Shown: positions 6,833 through 16,300 of the stretch, one piece after another
Position numbering within the stretch: position 1 is the stretch's first letter
Layout of the letters: each line of letters opens with the position of its first letter
From: a virus
Lineage: Duplodnaviria; Heunggongvirae; Uroviricota; Caudoviricetes
Length of the DNA: 18,093 bases
Virus record (IMG/VR): IMGVR_UViG_2734482772_000007
Location: 1-18,093 of that record
Reading direction: 5' to 3' (one strand)
Position numbers and translations under genes: made by a program
Notes under the pieces: model-generated
Told to the model about the DNA's origin: nothing
What the model saw: only the letters and a program-made list of their open reading frames with translations
The model's database searches: none

Positions 6833-7072
6833 TCATTGCCATACGACGGTGCAGCCGTCGATACAGGACGTTTTAACCACGCGGCGCAGGCCGCTGAATG
6901 TCTGGATGATTTCCGTTACCGGCCATACAGGACCACCCACGGGCGGGCAGGCATAAACCACAGGTAAACGGTGATGTTGTCCCGTTACACGACCACCAGT
7001 GGTGTGGATGGCCACACGGGCACGGGAACGGACGGCGTTAATGGTCTGCTTGTCCATCGTCTTGTTCTCCAT
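6833..7072 (-). CDS. hypothetical small early protein (79 aa) in the position Mu uses for kil
   Basis: Start overlaps the B-like gene's stop by 1 nt (TAATG-type coupling); no sequence motif recognised. Confidence 0.45.
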   Translation of the reverse strand: MENKTMDKQTINAVRSRARVAIHTTGGRVTGQHHRLPVVYACPPVGGPVWPVTEIIQTFSGLRRVVKTSCIDGCTVVWQ

Positions 7073-7965
7073 CAGTGAATTAACATTTCTGCGAATTTAT
7101 CAATGGCCTGCACACTGACCGGCGCATCGCTGATATCACAAATCCGGTACACACCACGCGCCAGCTTGAACAGACGGCGGGCATTACCCAGCGAACGTGT
7201 ATAAAGCGCCTCGCTGATTTCCGGCTCTGCTGCTTCCGGCATCAACCCGGTAGCTATCTGGTTAAAATCTTCCTGCGACAACGTATCGCCCAGGTTAAGC
7301 GCCAGCGCCACGCGGCTGTATAACTGGGCGAACTCACCACGACGCCCCTTGAGGTTAATCAGAAGGCGAGGCATACCCGCCAGAACAACCCCGATACCCG
7401 CTTTGTCATGCAGACGGCGCAGAACCTCCAGTGCGCGATAGGGGAGCAGTTCAGCCTCGTCCACCATCAGCAGACGACCGGAATCACGCAGTTCGCGCAC
7501 ACAGGCATCTATCAGTTCGTGAATGTTGCCGCGAACCTTTACCCCCAGCTGGCGGCACAACTCCTCAAGCAGTGTTCTGGCTGTATAGCCCGGGTCAGCC
7601 TCAATCAGGACCGCATCCCGGTTTCTGGCGGCGTATTCACGCAGAATCATTGTTTTGCCAAGACCTGCTGCGCCATACAGCACACAGATTTCACATTCCA
7701 GGTGAGCGTAGGCCAGCACCTCCAGTCCTTTGGCAGTCATACTGGTGGTCACAAACTTTGCTTTAATACGGCGGCTGTTTTCCTTTTCCCGCTCACGGGT
7801 CACAAAGGCAGAAATGCGTTCTTCAATATCAGCCATATCGCCCTGATATTTACCCTGTAAATACTGGCTGATAACGGCGCTGCTACGCCCAATGGCACGG
7901 GCGACGTGGGTCTGCGTATAGCCGCGACGGGCCATTACGTCATTTAATTGCGTAATTAAACTCAT
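7072..7965 (-). CDS. MuB-like transposition ATPase / target DNA activator (297 aa)
   Basis: N-terminal HTH region (YTQTHVARAIGRSSAVISQYLQGKY), Walker A GAAGLGKT, Walker B-like LLMVDEAE; immediately downstream of the transposase, as in Mu. Confidence 0.85.
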   Translation of the reverse strand: MSLITQLNDVMARRGYTQTHVARAIGRSSAVISQYLQGKYQGDMADIEERISAFVTREREKENSRRIKAKFVTTSMTAKGLEVLAYAHLECEICVLYGAAGLGKTMILREYAARNRDAVLIEADPGYTARTLLEELCRQLGVKVRGNIHELIDACVRELRDSGRLLMVDEAELLPYRALEVLRRLHDKAGIGVVLAGMPRLLINLKGRRGEFAQLYSRVALALNLGDTLSQEDFNQIATGLMPEAAEPEISEALYTRSLGNARRLFKLARGVYRICDISDAPVSVQAIDKFAEMLIH

Positions 7966-7983
7966 AATTAAATACCTTTTAAA

Positions 7984-10026
7984 TTAACGGTTGTTTGTGC
8001 CGTTTTTCTTTAAATTGCGCTCGCGCTCAGATGCGAATAAATAAAGTTCTTCTTTTTCCTTTTTCTCCGGGCGTTCCAGTCCATATCCCAGATTAAAGTC
8101 AGGCTTCTGCGTAATAGCCGGGGTAAGCTCGCGTTTCGCCTCTTCGATTTTCTGCGTGGCCCGTGCAATGCGGCCCCTGACGCGTTTCTCCAGTTTTTGT
8201 TCGATAACTGGTTTAGCGAAGGCATCAACCTTGTTACCGTTCCAGATGGCATCGCAGATATAAGAGCCATCAGCCCGCCGGACAATGACGCTGTTTGCAT
8301 CATGAATATCGTAACTGACCCTGACTTCATTCCCGTGCTCTGCGGCCAGCTCATATGAGTAATAAATATTGTTGAATAACTGAATTTCCCCGCGAAATGT
8401 TTTGCGCGTCACTTCCGGTCTGAACATTTCATGCAGCTCTTCCGGCGACAGGAAATCAATTTCAACATTCTGCTCTTTTATCAGTTTCCGGCGATACGCT
8501 GCCGGGCTGTAATATTCGCCATCCTCTTTGCGGGGAAGGCTGCTGTGTGGCCGGTTGTTATAGCGTCTGACTTCCAGTTCTATAGCTGCCATCAGTTGCT
8601 CAAAGGTGGGGACTTCATCCCTCGCCTTAACCTGCCGTTTTGTCAGTTCTTTCCCTTTGTGGGTGGCCTTAATGGCTGACTGCATAATCCGTTGCTGCAT
8701 CATTACGGTTTCCTTGTCTGCTCCCTTTGAGCAGTACGTCTGGAAACTCAGGGCCACATCCCGGGGAATTTCCTTGTTAAGCCTTTCAATCACCCCGCGC
8801 CCCTGTGGGTTACCTGGTATCCCCGTGTGATGTTCCACACCCAGCCGGGGCAGAATCCCGGTAATATCGGCATCAAGCACCCGGTTTTTTTCACCGCCCC
8901 CGTTATCGGAGTAATAAATCAGCGGTATCCCGTGCTGCGCCATGCCGTAACGTAACGCATCAGCAACGGCTATCACGTTCTCCGACAGGGACAGTGACCA
9001 GCCCACAACAAAGCGCTGCCCCGCATCCATAACCAGCGTCACTTCTGGCCGGAAAATATTGCCGGTCAGTGGGTTAAACGCGGTCATTTTCATACAGTGA
9101 CCATCCCCGACCCATACCGCATTAACCGGTAATGTGCTCCAGTCGCGCCGCACAAAGGGATTGAGCGAACGCCAGGCTGAACCGGTGGAGCGGAAACGCT
9201 CTTTAACAATCACCGGGACGCTGCTTAACACCCGTCTTACTGCGTGAACTGAAGGCAGTGCCGCCAGCATTCCCGCATCATTCGCGTGTTTTTCATGCCA
9301 CCAGGCTGAAAACTCACGATACGCATATTCAACAGTCGGGCGCTTCCATGAGCGATAGAACATAAAGAAATCGCTCAACCACCAGACCTGCTCCCACGGT
9401 GTTCCCTTATGATGACCGGGAGCCAGTAACGCCAGTAACTGATTGGCATCACCGCGCGCCATCACCCAGCTGGAGTACCAGCTATCCAGGCTGCCGGTGC
9501 TGACACCGGTTCGCTTTCCCTGACGTGCATTTGCAGTATTCGCTGCTTCGATAATGCGGTCAGGTAACGCCCCCATGCGCACACCATCAACGATGTGCTT
9601 TAAAGCGGCCTTCCTGGTCATTCCGGCATACTCGCGCAGCTTATGCACTTCAGTAGCCAGCAATATCCGCGCATCAGCGATGGCCTTTTGCTTGTCAGTC
9701 AGTGCCTGAACTTCACGTAATGCCAGTTCCGGGCATTTGACCATCACCTCCAGTTCATCGCGAACGGCGACGTTTTTAACTGCCTTCGCCTCAACTACGA
9801 CGGGCAGTTGCGCATCTTCCAGGACCTGATGGGTCAGGCGCTTACGTAAAACTTTCTGCGCTTCAGCGGGCAGGCAGTCGATGTGATACTCGAATGCTTT
9901 GGTGCCTTCACGCTTGCGCTTCCATTCCGGGTGCGTCTCTGTGATCCGATTGAGCGTCCAGCGCACCCCCTGAACTGTACCGGGCAAACCAGGAAGACCG
10001 GCCAGCTCATTGGCTGAATAAAACAT
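7984..10026 (-). CDS. MuA-like DDE transposase (680 aa)
   Basis: N-terminus (LAGLPGLPGT ... GTKAFEYHIDCLPAEAQ) resembles the MuA end/enhancer-binding domain; central region looks like an rve/DDE core (VWVGDGHCMK ... YYSDNGGGE); size and position after ner fit. Confidence 0.9.
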   Translation of the reverse strand: MFYSANELAGLPGLPGTVQGVRWTLNRITETHPEWKRKREGTKAFEYHIDCLPAEAQKVLRKRLTHQVLEDAQLPVVVEAKAVKNVAVRDELEVMVKCPELALREVQALTDKQKAIADARILLATEVHKLREYAGMTRKAALKHIVDGVRMGALPDRIIEAANTANARQGKRTGVSTGSLDSWYSSWVMARGDANQLLALLAPGHHKGTPWEQVWWLSDFFMFYRSWKRPTVEYAYREFSAWWHEKHANDAGMLAALPSVHAVRRVLSSVPVIVKERFRSTGSAWRSLNPFVRRDWSTLPVNAVWVGDGHCMKMTAFNPLTGNIFRPEVTLVMDAGQRFVVGWSLSLSENVIAVADALRYGMAQHGIPLIYYSDNGGGEKNRVLDADITGILPRLGVEHHTGIPGNPQGRGVIERLNKEIPRDVALSFQTYCSKGADKETVMMQQRIMQSAIKATHKGKELTKRQVKARDEVPTFEQLMAAIELEVRRYNNRPHSSLPRKEDGEYYSPAAYRRKLIKEQNVEIDFLSPEELHEMFRPEVTRKTFRGEIQLFNNIYYSYELAAEHGNEVRVSYDIHDANSVIVRRADGSYICDAIWNGNKVDAFAKPVIEQKLEKRVRGRIARATQKIEEAKRELTPAITQKPDFNLGYGLERPEKKEKEELYLFASERERNLKKNGTNNR

Positions 10027-10262
10027 TACGCCGCCTTACTGGCATACCGGCTTGGCCAGATCTCCGCAGGTTCCACACCAATAGCATCGGCTATGATGCG
10101 TTCATATTTAGGGCATGAGCGATACAGTGCATTTTTTAAAGAGTCTTTTTTTAGACCAGCGCGTTCAGAAAGTTCACGCAATGTAAAACCTTTGGTGTGC
10201 ACAGCGGCAACGATGTACTCGCGGTGCCAGTCTTTGTTCATTACTTCATTTCTAACCATCAT
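10026..10262 (-). CDS. ner: Ner-like DNA-binding protein (78 aa from ATG at 10262)
   Basis: MNKDWHREYIVAAVHTKGFTLRELSERAGL...NALYRSCPKYERIIADAIGVEPAEIWPSRY closely resembles the Mu Ner / E. coli Nlp family; 1-nt stop/start overlap with the transposase. The longer ORF to 10412 is rejected. Confidence 0.85.
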   Translation of the reverse strand: MMVRNEVMNKDWHREYIVAAVHTKGFTLRELSERAGLKKDSLKNALYRSCPKYERIIADAIGVEPAEIWPSRYASKAA

Positions 10263-10278
10263 TAGGTTACCCTTAAAA

Positions 10279-10321
10279 GTTATCCGTGCGGATAACACCG
10301 CCGTGTTATCCCTTCGGATAC
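10279..10321. promoter_or_regulatory. operator-like palindromes in the repressor-ner divergent control region
   Basis: GTTATCCG-TG-CGGATAAC (10279-10296, perfect 8-bp arms) and imperfect GTTATCC-CTTC-GGATAC (10305-10321); a further ATCCG at about 10330. Confidence 0.5.
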
Positions 10322-10444
10322 AAGTATTGATCCGTATGTAGCCCATGTAAAGCAAAAATAGCTCTTTCTTTGTATTTTCTTTTTGATTTTGGTCTTTATA
10401 TGGTTTTTGCAATTAAAATCAATCAGTTATAGAGGAAAGAAAAA

Positions 10445-11092
10445 ATGACTAGAAATGATGATGCTTTTTCTTTTGTCGACCAGGGAAAAGAAAGTTTCAG
10501 AGAGCGTTTAGTAAAGCTGATAGGTAACCGTAGTGTCAGAACTGCTGCGAGTGATTGGGGAATCCCCCCTTCAACCTTAAACAACTACATTCATAAAGGA
10601 ACAGAGCCTTCTTTTAAAATAGCTTGTCTTATCTCAGATAAAGAACAAGTGAGCTTAAATTGGCTCGCTTATGGTGAGGAACCCACCGCCAAAGAAGGTT
10701 CTCTATCAAATCAAACAGCGCAGCCTTCTCCCGATATTACAAACGAGCTAGTTAACGAGTTATTGAAAAGAGCGTCCACAGAAGATAAGGAACAACTGAT
10801 AAGTGCAATATGCGATATGGGCATTAAAGGAATCTTGGAACGCCTACAGCAACCCACCAGGCAAACTAAGCAAGCCGATAGCGAACTTGAGGAGCAAAGG
10901 AAGGCCATTCAAAGCCTGAACATCAGGCAATCGCTTAAAGACGCTGTTTGCATGGCATTAGCTGGCGATGAGGAAAATGACAAAGAGATTTTGCGCCGCG
11001 CCAAAGCCATTTTCTGTGCTGGAACACCAGGTGATCGCGTTCCCGTCACACCGGAGCAAGAAACTAAGCCTGTAAACAAGAAATCAGCATAA
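10445..11092 (+). CDS. prophage repressor, CI-type HTH (215 aa), in the position of Mu c
   Basis: Divergent from ner; HTH region VRTAASDWGIPPSTLNNYIHKGTEPS followed by VSLNWLAYGE, typical of phage CI-like repressors; GAGGAAAG SD; no S24 peptidase motifs seen. Confidence 0.7.
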   Translation: MTRNDDAFSFVDQGKESFRERLVKLIGNRSVRTAASDWGIPPSTLNNYIHKGTEPSFKIACLISDKEQVSLNWLAYGEEPTAKEGSLSNQTAQPSPDITNELVNELLKRASTEDKEQLISAICDMGIKGILERLQQPTRQTKQADSELEEQRKAIQSLNIRQSLKDAVCMALAGDEENDKEILRRAKAIFCAGTPGDRVPVTPEQETKPVNKKSA

Positions 11093-11251
11093 GCGCCTCG
11101 TTTTGGCGGGGCGTGTGCTGTTAGCTAATCAGCAATAACCACAACAAAACCGAACACAACAGATGAGAACAAATTGAGGAAAACGGGTAAGGATAAAACA
11201 CTTTTTTAAAAGCATTTAAAACCCGTTAAGTTTGTAGCAGAACCAGATCAA

Positions 11252-11406
11252 AAGCGCCCAGAAAAAAGCGCAAAAAAAAGCGTTTTTGGTCATTTCTCAC
11301 AAATCCGCCCAGAATCACACTAAATCACCATACCCCGCGCCACACAAGGCTTGCAGGTTCTACCAGGCTGCACGAACTCCGCCCAGAATTGATCACTACC
11401 CCACAC
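11252..11406. repeat. terminal direct repeats, candidate transposase-binding sites of the prophage end
   Basis: GCGCCCAGAA (11254-11263), TCCGCCCAGAATCAC (11304-11318) and TCCGCCCAGAATTGATCAC (11378-11396); the sequence ends ...CACACA at 11406, consistent with a 5'-TG terminus read on the - strand. Confidence 0.45.
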
Positions 11407-14400
11407 ATGGGCGGAAAACCGGCAGCGCGGCAGGGTGACATGACCCGCAAGGGACTGGATATTGTGCAGGGTTCAGCAGGGGTGCTGATAGGTGCGCCAA
11501 CCGGTGTGGCCTGCTCGGTGTGTCCCACAAAAAAGGACAGTCCGAACTATGGCAGCCCGGTGAACCCGCTACTCGGTGCGAAGGTTCTGCCTGTTGAAAC
11601 CGACCTGGCACTGCCCGGCCCGCTGCCGTTTATTCTTTTCCGCGCCTACAGCAGCTACCGGACCAGGACGCCCGCGCCAGTGGGCGTGTTTGGTCCCGGC
11701 TGGAAAGCGCCCTTCGATATCCGCTTACAGATACGCGATGAAGGCCTGATACTCAACGACAGCGGTGGCAGGAGCATTCACTTTGAGCCGTTGTTTCCCG
11801 GCGAGATAAGCTACAGCCGCAGCGAGTCGTTCTGGCTGGCAAGGGGCGGAGTGCTGAAACAACACAAAGGCCATCCGCTTGCGCGGCTCTGGCGGGCGTT
11901 GCCGGAAGCGGTCCGTCTGAGTCCACACACCTATATGATGGCTGTCAGCACAACCGGGCAGTGGCTGATACTCGGCTGGCCGGAGCGGGTGCCGGGGGCG
12001 GACGAGGTGCTGCCGCCTCCGCCGCCCGCATACCGGGTGCTGACGGGGGTGGTGGACGGCTTCGGGCGGACGCTGGCCTTTCATCGGGCAGCTAAGGGTG
12101 ACGTGGCGGGCGCGGTGACGGGGGTGACGGACGGCGCGGGCCGCCGTTTTCACCTGGCGCTGACCACGCAGGCGCAGCGGGCGGAAGCCTTCCGTAAACA
12201 GCGCGCCACGTCTTTATCTTCCCCGGCCAGTCCCCGTTCTGTTTCCTCTTCTCAGGTTTTCCCCGACACGCTGCCCGCCGGTACAGAGTACGGTGTCGAT
12301 AACGGTATCCGGCTGGAGGCGGTGTGGCTGACACACGACCCGGCATACCCGGATGAACAGCCGACTGCGCCGCTGGCGCGCTACACGTACACGGCCGGTG
12401 GTGAACTGCGGGCGGTGTATGACCGCAGCGGAACGCAGGTGCGCGGGTTTACTTATGATGCGGAGCACGCCGGGCGGATGGTGGCGCACCATTATGCAGG
12501 GAGACCGGAGAGCCGCTACCGGTATGATGATACCGGGCGGGTGACGGAGCAGGTCAACCCGGAGGGGCTGGACTATCGCTTTGAGTACGGGCAGGACCGT
12601 GTGACCATCACGGACAGCCTGAACCGGCGGGAGGTGCTGTACACGGAGGGCGAAGGCGGCCTGAAGCGTGTGGTGAAGAAGGAGCATGCGGACGGCAGCA
12701 TCACCCGCAGCGAGTATGATGAGGCGGGGAGGCTGAAGGCGCAGACGGATGCGGCGGGGCGGCGGACGGAGTACCGGCTGCATATGGCGTCGGGCGCGGT
12801 GACAGCGGTGACGGGGCCGGACGGCAGGACGGTGCGGTATGGCTATAACAGCCAGCGGCAGGTGACGTCAGTGACGTACCCGGACGGGCTTCGCAGCAGC
12901 CGGGAGTATGATGAGAAGGGAAGGCTGGCGGCGGAGACCTCACGCAGCGGTGAGACGACGAGTTACAGCTATGATGACCCGGCGAGTGAGCTGCCGACAG
13001 GGATACAGGACGCGACGGGCAGTACAAAACAGATGGCATGGAGCCGTTACGGTCAACTGCTGGCCTTTACGGACTGCTCGGGGTACACGACGCGGTATGA
13101 GTACGACCGGTACGGTCAACAAATCGCCGTTCACCGGGAAGAAGGCATCAGCACTTACAGCAGTTATAACCCGCGTGGGCAAATGGTCAGTCAGAAGGAT
13201 GCGCAGGGGCGTGAAACCCGTTATGAGTACAGCGCCGCAGGAGACCTGACAGCAACGGTATCACCGGACGGTAAACGCAGCACCACCGAATATGATAAAC
13301 GTGGGCGTCCGGTGAGTGTGACGGAAGGTGGACTGACGCGCAGCATGGGGTATGACGCCGCCGGGCGCATCACCGTGCTGACTAACGAGAACGGCAGCCA
13401 GTCCACGTTCCGGTATGACCCGGTGGACAGGCTGACGGAGCAGCGCGGCTTTGACGGCCGGACGCAACGTTACCAGTATGACCTGACCGGAAAACTCACG
13501 CAGAGTGAAGACGAGGGGCTTATCACCCTCTGGCACTACGATGCGTCGGACCGCATCACGCACCGGACGGTGAACGGCGACCCGGCAGAGCAGTGGCAGT
13601 ATGATGAGCACGGGTGGTTAACCACCCTCAGCCATACCAGTGAAGGCCACCGCGTGTCGGTCCACTACGGGTACGACGATAAGGGCCGCCTGACGGGCGA
13701 ACGGCAGACGGTGGAGAACCCGGAGACGGGGGAACTGCTCTGGCAGCATGAGACGAAACACGCCTACAACGAACAGGGGCTGGCAAACCGCTTTCAGGCA
13801 GACAGCCTGCCGCCGGTGGAGTGGCTGACCTACGGCAGCGGTTACCTGGCGGGCATGAAGCTGGGCGGGACGCCGCTGGTCGAGTATACGCGGGACAGGC
13901 TGCACCGTGAGACGGTGCGCAGCTTCGGCAGCAGGGCAGGCAGTAATGCCGCATATGAACTGACCAGCACATACACCCCCGCAGGCCAGTTACAGAGCCA
14001 GCACCTGAACAGCCTGGTGTATGACCGTGACTACGGGTGGAATGACAACGGCGACCTGGTGCGCATCAGCGGTCCGCGACAGACGCGGGAATACGGCTAC
14101 AGTGCCACGGGCAGGCTGGAGAGCGTGCGCACCCTCGCACCGGACCTGGACATCCGCATCCCGTATGCCACCGACCCGGCGGGAAACCGCCTGCCGGACC
14201 CGGAGCTACACCCGGACAGCACGCTCACGGCGTGGCCGGATAACCGCATCGCAGAGGATGCGCACTATGTTTACCACTATGATGAATACGGCAGACTGAC
14301 GGAGAAGACGGACCGCATCCCGGCGGGTGTGATACGGACGGACGACGAGCGGACCCACCACTACCACTACGACAGCCAGCACCGCCTGGTGTTCCACACG

Positions 14401-15654
14401 CGGATACAGCATGGCGAGCCACTGGTCGAGAGCCGCTACCTCTACGACCCGCTGGGACGGCGAATGGCGAAACGGGTATGGCGGCGGGAGCGTGACCTGA
14501 CGGGGTGGATGTCGCTGTCGCGTAAACCGGAGGAGACATGGTACGGCTGGGACGGCGACAGGCTGACGACGGTACAGACCGACACCACGCGTATCCAGAC
14601 GGTATACCAGCCGGGGAGCTTCGCGCCGCTCATCCGCATCGAAACAGACAACGGTGAACGGGAGAAAGCGCAGTGCCGCAGCCTGGCGGAGAAGTTACAG
14701 CAGGAAGGGAGCGAAGACGGTCACGGTGTGGTGTTCCCGGCTGAACTGGTGGGGCTGCTGGACAGGCTGGAGGGGGAAATCCGGGCAAACTGCGTGAGCA
14801 GTGAAAGCCGCCAGTGGCTTGCGCAGTGCGGGCTGACGGTGGAGCGGCTGGCGGCACAGATAGAGCCGGTTTATTTGCCTGAGCGAAAAATACATCTTTA
14901 TCACTGTGACCACCGGGGCCTGCCGCTGGCGCTTATCAGTGAAGACGGCAATACGGCGTGGAGCGCGGAATATGATGAATGGGGCAACCAGCTTAATGAG
15001 GAGAACCCGCATCACCTGCACCAGCCGTACCGGCTGCCGGGGCAGCAGTATGATAAGGAGTCGGGGCTGTACTATAACCGTCACCGGTACTACGATCCGT
15101 TGCAGGGGCGGTATATCACCCCGGACCCGATTGGGTTGAGAGGTGGATGGAATATGTATCAGTATCCGTTGAATCCCATACAAGTGATAGACCCAATGGG
15201 GTTAGATGCGATTGAGAATATGACATCAGGTGGACTAATTTATGCCGTATCTGGTGTACCTGGATTGATTGCTGCAAACAGCATTACTAACAGTGCTTAC
15301 CAGTTCGGTTATGATATGGATGCTATTGTTGGCGGAGCTCATAATGGGGCCGCCGATGCAATGAGACATTGTTACTTGATGTGTCGAATGACTAAGACAT
15401 TTGGATCAACAATAGCTGACGTGATAGGTAAAAATCATGAGGCGGCAGGGGATAGACAAGGTCAGCCAGCTAAAGAAAGAATCATGGATCTTAAAAATAA
15501 CACTGTCGGTATTGCTTGTGGCGATTTTTCTGCCAAATGTAGCGATGCATGTATTGAAAAATATAACACTGGGCAACTCTTCGGGTTAGATGGTATAAAA
15601 GCAGATAATCCAATAAAAGCAAAGCAAGGGAGTTCAGATGCTTCAAATTATTAG
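11407..15654 (+). CDS. Rhs-family polymorphic toxin with N-terminal PAAR-like region (1415 aa from ATG at 11407)
   Basis: N-terminus [13 protein letters not shown]...[12 protein letters not shown]; many YD/RHS repeats ([22 protein letters not shown], etc.); DPIGL (15124-15138) and DPMGL (15190-15204) preceding a variable C-terminus. The track's TTG at 11389 is rejected in favour of the ATG. Confidence 0.9.
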   Translation: MGGKPAARQGDMTRKGLDIVQGSAGVLIGAPTGVACSVCPTKKDSPNYGSPVNPLLGAKVLPVETDLALPGPLPFILFRAYSSYRTRTPAPVGVFGPGWKAPFDIRLQIRDEGLILNDSGGRSIHFEPLFPGEISYSRSESFWLARGGVLKQHKGHPLARLWRALPEAVRLSPHTYMMAVSTTGQWLILGWPERVPGADEVLPPPPPAYRVLTGVVDGFGRTLAFHRAAKGDVAGAVTGVTDGAGRRFHLALTTQAQRAEAFRKQRATSLSSPASPRSVSSSQVFPDTLPAGTEYGVDNGIRLEAVWLTHDPAYPDEQPTAPLARYTYTAGGELRAVYDRSGTQVRGFTYDAEHAGRMVAHHYAGRPESRYRYDDTGRVTEQVNPEGLDYRFEYGQDRVTITDSLNRREVLYTEGEGGLKRVVKKEHADGSITRSEYDEAGRLKAQTDAAGRRTEYRLHMASGAVTAVTGPDGRTVRYGYNSQRQVTSVTYPDGLRSSREYDEKGRLAAETSRSGETTSYSYDDPASELPTGIQDATGSTKQMAWSRYGQLLAFTDCSGYTTRYEYDRYGQQIAVHREEGISTYSSYNPRGQMVSQKDAQGRETRYEYSAAGDLTATVSPDGKRSTTEYDKRGRPVSVTEGGLTRSMGYDAAGRITVLTNENGSQSTFRYDPVDRLTEQRGFDGRTQRYQYDLTGKLTQSEDEGLITLWHYDASDRITHRTVNGDPAEQWQYDEHGWLTTLSHTSEGHRVSVHYGYDDKGRLTGERQTVENPETGELLWQHETKHAYNEQGLANRFQADSLPPVEWLTYGSGYLAGMKLGGTPLVEYTRDRLHRETVRSFGSRAGSNAAYELTSTYTPAGQLQSQHLNSLVYDRDYGWNDNGDLVRISGPRQTREYGYSATGRLESVRTLAPDLDIRIPYATDPAGNRLPDPELHPDSTLTAWPDNRIAEDAHYVYHYDEYGRLTEKTDRIPAGVIRTDDERTHHYHYDSQHRLVFHTRIQHGEPLVESRYLYDPLGRRMAKRVWRRERDLTGWMSLSRKPEETWYGWDGDRLTTVQTDTTRIQTVYQPGSFAPLIRIETDNGEREKAQCRSLAEKLQQEGSEDGHGVVFPAELVGLLDRLEGEIRANCVSSESRQWLAQCGLTVERLAAQIEPVYLPERKIHLYHCDHRGLPLALISEDGNTAWSAEYDEWGNQLNEENPHHLHQPYRLPGQQYDKESGLYYNRHRYYDPLQGRYITPDPIGLRGGWNMYQYPLNPIQVIDPMGLDAIENMTSGGLIYAVSGVPGLIAANSITNSAYQFGYDMDAIVGGAHNGAADAMRHCYLMCRMTKTFGSTIADVIGKNHEAAGDRQGQPAKERIMDLKNNTVGIACGDFSAKCSDACIEKYNTGQLFGLDGIKADNPIKAKQGSSDASNY
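15205..15651 (+). other. Rhs variable C-terminal toxin domain (about 149 aa), family unassigned
   Basis: Begins right after DPMGL; AT-rich compared with the Rhs core; contains [23 protein letters not shown] (15361-15399), KNHEAAGD and [12 protein letters not shown]; five Cys in total. Confidence 0.6.
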
Positions 15655-16120
15655 AGGCAAACTTGTCATTTTTTTAATTACCCTTTGTTTATTTGTTGTT
15701 TACCTTGGGTTTGATAACAATTCAAATTCTGACATCGTATTTTATGGACATAAAACACCAAAGAGCGTTGAGATATATCTTTCTGAAAAAAATATTATTT
15801 ATAAAATAATTAATGACCAAAAAATTAGTAGAGGGAATGGTCATTTTATAAGTATAATGGTTAATAATTACAGGACGCACTGTGGAGTGGTTGATATAAA
15901 TCTTAATTTTTTCAATGATATTCTTTATAGCGTGCGATTAAAAAACATTAGTAAACTGGAGAATATGGAGTTCTGCGCTAAAAAACAACGGGTGTATTTT
16001 AGTGATAAAAACAAGAAGGCTAGTTATAAAATAATTAATTATGGAGACTATTACGATGTTGATTATTATGATAACAATTTGAAAAATGAAGTTTTTGACT
16101 GGATTGGTAAATGGTCATAA
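15638..16120 (+). CDS. putative Rhs immunity protein (160 aa), N-terminal membrane anchor
   Basis: ATG at 15638 overlaps the rhs 3' end by 17 nt, with AAGGGAG SD; N-terminus [20 protein letters not shown] is hydrophobic; very AT-rich, N/K/Y/D-rich. Confidence 0.7.
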   Translation: MLQIIRGKLVIFLITLCLFVVYLGFDNNSNSDIVFYGHKTPKSVEIYLSEKNIIYKIINDQKISRGNGHFISIMVNNYRTHCGVVDINLNFFNDILYSVRLKNISKLENMEFCAKKQRVYFSDKNKKASYKIINYGDYYDVDYYDNNLKNEVFDWIGKWS

Positions 16121-16300
16121 TGAACAACACCAGAAAGAGAAAAATATAAAATACATACAGAAAGACATGAGAGCAAGGGACGGGGCAGGGCAAGATCATG
16201 AAAATTGTGATGTAAATCACGATTTTCATCTTGGCTTTAACGCCTACAGGTGATCAAAATTTAACCTTTGGAATAACTAAAAAGATAAAAAAGGACCCAG

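Larger units (their letters stand above)
1..11406 (-). mobile_element. Mu-like transposable prophage, repressor/transposase-proximal end; partial, continues beyond window start
   Basis: Mu-type early gene order on the - strand: divergent repressor, Ner-like, DDE transposase A-like, B-like ATPase, small early genes, GemA-like, Mor/C-like. Three direct repeats with core CGCCCAGAA lie in the last 155 bp (11252-11406), about 300 bp past the repressor stop, as expected for Mu-type end sites. Exact terminus not proven. Confidence 0.7.

Noticed and set aside
7408-7860. + strand ORFs inside the B-like gene (7408-7860, 7431-7766)
   Set aside because: Embedded in a confidently assigned gene on the other strand; junk-like composition.
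10263-10412. Long 128-aa version of the Ner-like ORF
   Set aside because: The N-terminal 50 aa would be translated from the operator/promoter region and look junk-like; Ner-family proteins are about 75 aa and homology starts at MNKDWH.
11389-11406. TTG start at 11389 for rhs (MITTPH extension)
   Set aside because: The ATG at 11407 gives an N-terminus ([12 protein letters not shown]) that matches the canonical Rhs/PAAR start; the six extra codons would lie inside the putative prophage terminal repeat.
11725-15183. Numerous - strand and out-of-frame ORFs within rhs (e.g. 12214-12783, 14695-15183)
   Set aside because: Typical long spurious ORFs in GC-rich sequence; Pro/Arg-rich translations; the + strand frame encodes a continuous, recognisable Rhs protein.
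16035-16229. 64-aa - strand ORF overlapping the immunity gene 3' end
   Set aside because: AT-rich spurious ORF (Phe/Ile/Leu-rich), antisense to a well-supported gene.
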